A stretch of DNA of 64,000 bases. It comes from Selaginella moellendorffii (lineage: Eukaryota > Plantae > Lycopodiophyta). Positions 61,382-64,000 of the stretch are shown here, piece by piece. The stretch is taken from NCBI RefSeq assembly GCF_000143415.4, contig NW_003314344.1:442336-506335 (forward strand), read 5' to 3'. Every line of letters starts with the position of its first letter. Position 1 is the first letter of the stretch. Below the pieces are notes generated by a model. That model did not search any database and had not been told where the DNA came from. It saw only the letters and a program-made list of their open reading frames with translations. A program made the position numbers and the translations under genes.

Positions 61382-63385
61382 ATGCCCGTTCTTCACGATT
61401 TCTCGTCGGCGAATCAGTCCTCCGCGGCTCGAAATACCATGCTGTGCCAAGCGCCGTGGGACTTGGCATCCTCGGGCGATTTGAAGAGGAAGAGATCGTG
61501 GAGGGAAGCCGGTCGCGCTGTCTGTTTCAAGGACGAAGCGGCTTCTAGCGCGGTGAACACGTCCTTCTCGTGCACTACTTTCAACATTTTGGCACCGATT
61601 TACAAGCGCGTCAATGGAGAGGTAACGAAAATTCTTTGGCTCCAAGAAGTTTTATCGTGGTCTTAGCAAGGAAATATTTTTGCAGGAATGTCGCGAGAGC
61701 CAATCTCGAGAGGTCTGGCTGGACAGGAATCGGAGGATACTGGACATGCTTCTGAAAGGGAAATCGTCGGCAATTTGCTTGCAGGTAAAGCAACAAGATC
61801 GATCATTATCTTTTTATTCTGTGTCTTGTTCTTCGCTAGGAATTTTGGACGGGAAACGAAGAGCTAGTTGAGTTGTATGAGAAAACTTTAGGAGCAGCGG
61901 GGTATGACATGCGAAAACTTGCTAGGCCAAACGGACGCGGTGATGGTACGTGTGTTTCATTTCTTTGTCTCCTTTCCATTCATATGGAAGTGCTGTTAGC
62001 TTTCCAGGGCTCTTCACTGCTGTAAAGAGAGACGTCTTACGGGTGATGGACTATCAGGAGCTGCAGTTTCACGATTGCGGTGACCGTGTTGCCCAGTTTC
62101 TACGCCTCCAATCAAACATTCCAATGTACAGAGACTGTTTGCACGTAGCTGGACAACAAGAAGTTCTTCTTGTCAATACTCATCTCATATTCCCGCACAA
62201 CTCCAACTTTTGTCTGGTGCGGCTGCGTCAGGTATGAGTTTGGTGTGCTTTGTGACTAGCTAGCTGACCAATTCGTGGCGAGCAGGTTTACAAGATCCTC
62301 AAGTATTTGGAGCAGTACAAAGATGACCACAATCTATCGCATGCGCCAGTTTTACTCTGCGGGTTAGTCAAGATATCTTCCAGCACGTTACATATGATTT
62401 TTTTCAGGGATTGGAACGGGAGCAAAAGGGGCCAGGTGTACAAGTTCCTGCGGTTGCAAGGGTTTGTGTCATCGTACGATGTTGCTCACCAATACTCGGA
62501 TTGTGAAGCTGATGCGCATCGGGTAAGGAGTCCACACCACTAGCCGTTTTTGACATATTTTTTTCTCAGTGGGTGAGTCATCGTAATCACCGGGGCAATA
62601 TTTGTGGAGTCGATTTTATATGGTTGCTCAATCCCAGCAAAAGTACAAGGTCGCTGAGAGAAAACTGGAAAAGCGCTGTATTCGGCATCATTAAAGTATG
62701 TCCATACGAAAGTGCTTTTCATTTTCACTTGTTTTTTTCTTTTCCTGTGACAGTCAAAACTTCTCCGTGAACACGGCAAACAAGGAAGAGACGCGTTTTG
62801 TTTTTTCCAGCAGAACGAATGCGATGAATGCTTGACTTATGAAGATTTCCATGCGACTCTAAGACGGGTAGGTCTGCATGCAGTTCTAACTTGCCTATCT
62901 AACAAAGAGATCGCAGCTTGAGCTGACGAAGGAGGACTTGGAAGGGCTCTCAAGAGATGAGATTGAGGAACTGATAAAATCTGCAGACTTTGATGGCAAC
63001 GGCGTCATTGACTACGACGAATTTCAAGTATGTATGTCACTCAACTTAGAAAAGTCTTATGAAGTCTATATTTCAGGAGAGTCTCGCGTTTGACAATGCT
63101 TTCGACTGCAACAACGGAAGCAGCCTTGGCAGCTGGTCGAAGAGAATCTTCCAAACGGAAATAAGAAAAAGCTCCTGGGAGTTTGCTCAGCCTGAAGAGC
63201 CGGATCATCATCCTTGCCTGGTGGAGTCGAGTCCTGAGCTTGACGTGAGACACGCATCGTTTCATCCCCCGGAAGTGGAGCAGGGGACATGGCCCGACAA
63301 CTACTCTTTGTCCGACCATGCACCTCTGACTGCCATGTTTGCTCCGGTGTACGCGCAAAGCAGGCAAGCTTGCTCAAATTTCTGA
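61382..63385 (+). CDS. Calcium-binding endonuclease/exonuclease/phosphatase (EEP + EF-hand), multi-exon
   Basis: CTTFNILAPIYKR, ICLQEFW, LARPNGRGDGL, NTHLIFPH, CGDWNGSK, HRNHRGNICGVDFIWL, EF-hand DFDGNGVIDYDEF and SLSDHAPL. Start codon uncertain. Confidence 0.92.
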
Positions 63386-63753
63386 CGCTAACGAGCCTGC
63401 ATGGATGCATGCAGGTTGTTGCAACAATTGCCGGCAAATTTCGGCTTTTACGATTGATTAAAGGAAGAGCTATATTGCCTTATAACGTAAGATTGACGAG
63501 GGACCCAAACTTTTAATACCTTCTCATCTGGTCCAGACACGAGAAGAGACCGCCAACGGGGATACTCAGGTGCGTTGCATTCGTGAGTTAATATGTTACT
63601 AACCAATCTCACAGGTTTCGTAGAAATATATATTATAATGTTCGTGAATGAAACTGAGAATTTCAAGTAAGTTTACAATCACAAAAATACTTTATGACCT
63701 CTTTTTTTCTGTTGTAGCAAATTATTTCTTGTTATACATTCCACAATTTTGAG

Positions 63754-64000
63754 TTACAAGCTTTGGATGAGAAGCTGGCTCTCTTGTCCAAGCTCAACTC
63801 CTTTGGCCAACTTCTTCATTTCTACAAGATCATCTTGAGCCTCACTCTCGTCCTGATTTGAAGCTACCACTTGCAAAGCAGGACCATTATCAACGAGCGT
63901 GTCGGGGCCACCGTCCGGGACAAGAGCCGTGAGGAAGATCAATGGCAACAATCTCATGATGCTTCTCACCACCACGGCCAGCCACAGATTGGTGTAGTCG
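63754..64000 (-). CDS. 3' end of a probable folate-biopterin transporter (BT1 family); partial, runs off the window
   Basis: DYTNLWLAVVVRSIMRLLPLIFL..VP resembles the last TM segment of plant FBT/BT1 proteins. Confidence 0.65.
   Translation of the reverse strand, partial: DYTNLWLAVVVRSIMRLLPLIFLTALVPDGGPDTLVDNGPALQVVASNQDESEAQDDLVEMKKLAKGVELGQESQLLIQSL

Overview
Gene-dense plant nuclear DNA with short (~50-60 nt) introns, tiny intergenic gaps and PLS-class PPR genes. This is most consistent with a lycophyte, probably Selaginella (inferred from gene style, not proven). Two housekeeping blocks flank an AT-rich accessory island. Block 1 (~2-41 kb) holds a CYP71-clan P450, mitochondrial-type uS17, PLAC8/DUF2985, MACPF, class II TPS, SDH2, PrmA, hexokinase, two PPRs, two tandem Gnk2/DUF26 genes, DUF3537, NOL, DAK, p24, an unknown Zn-ribbon protein and ZYP1. 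Block 2 (55-64 kb) holds SAHH, PRP6/STA1, a Cys-rich ORF, an EF-hand EEP protein and a partial BT1/FBT gene. The island (~41.1-54.4 kb) contains (i) a Crinkler/CR-like gene with header + PD-(D/E)xK-like domain + divergent kinase, (ii) a truncated bHLH-MYC_N fragment, (iii) a ~4.5 kb foldback whose long inverted arms enclose an intact 3-exon secreted knottin (ICK) precursor gene, and (iv) a second foldback element between microsatellites next to an assembly gap. Other highlights: a ~496-aa ZYP1 (much shorter than Arabidopsis ZYP1), DUF26 proteins with rewired cysteines, a candidate non-AUG uORF in the TPS leader, and a 30-Cys CxC-repeat ORF. All exon boundaries were read by eye.
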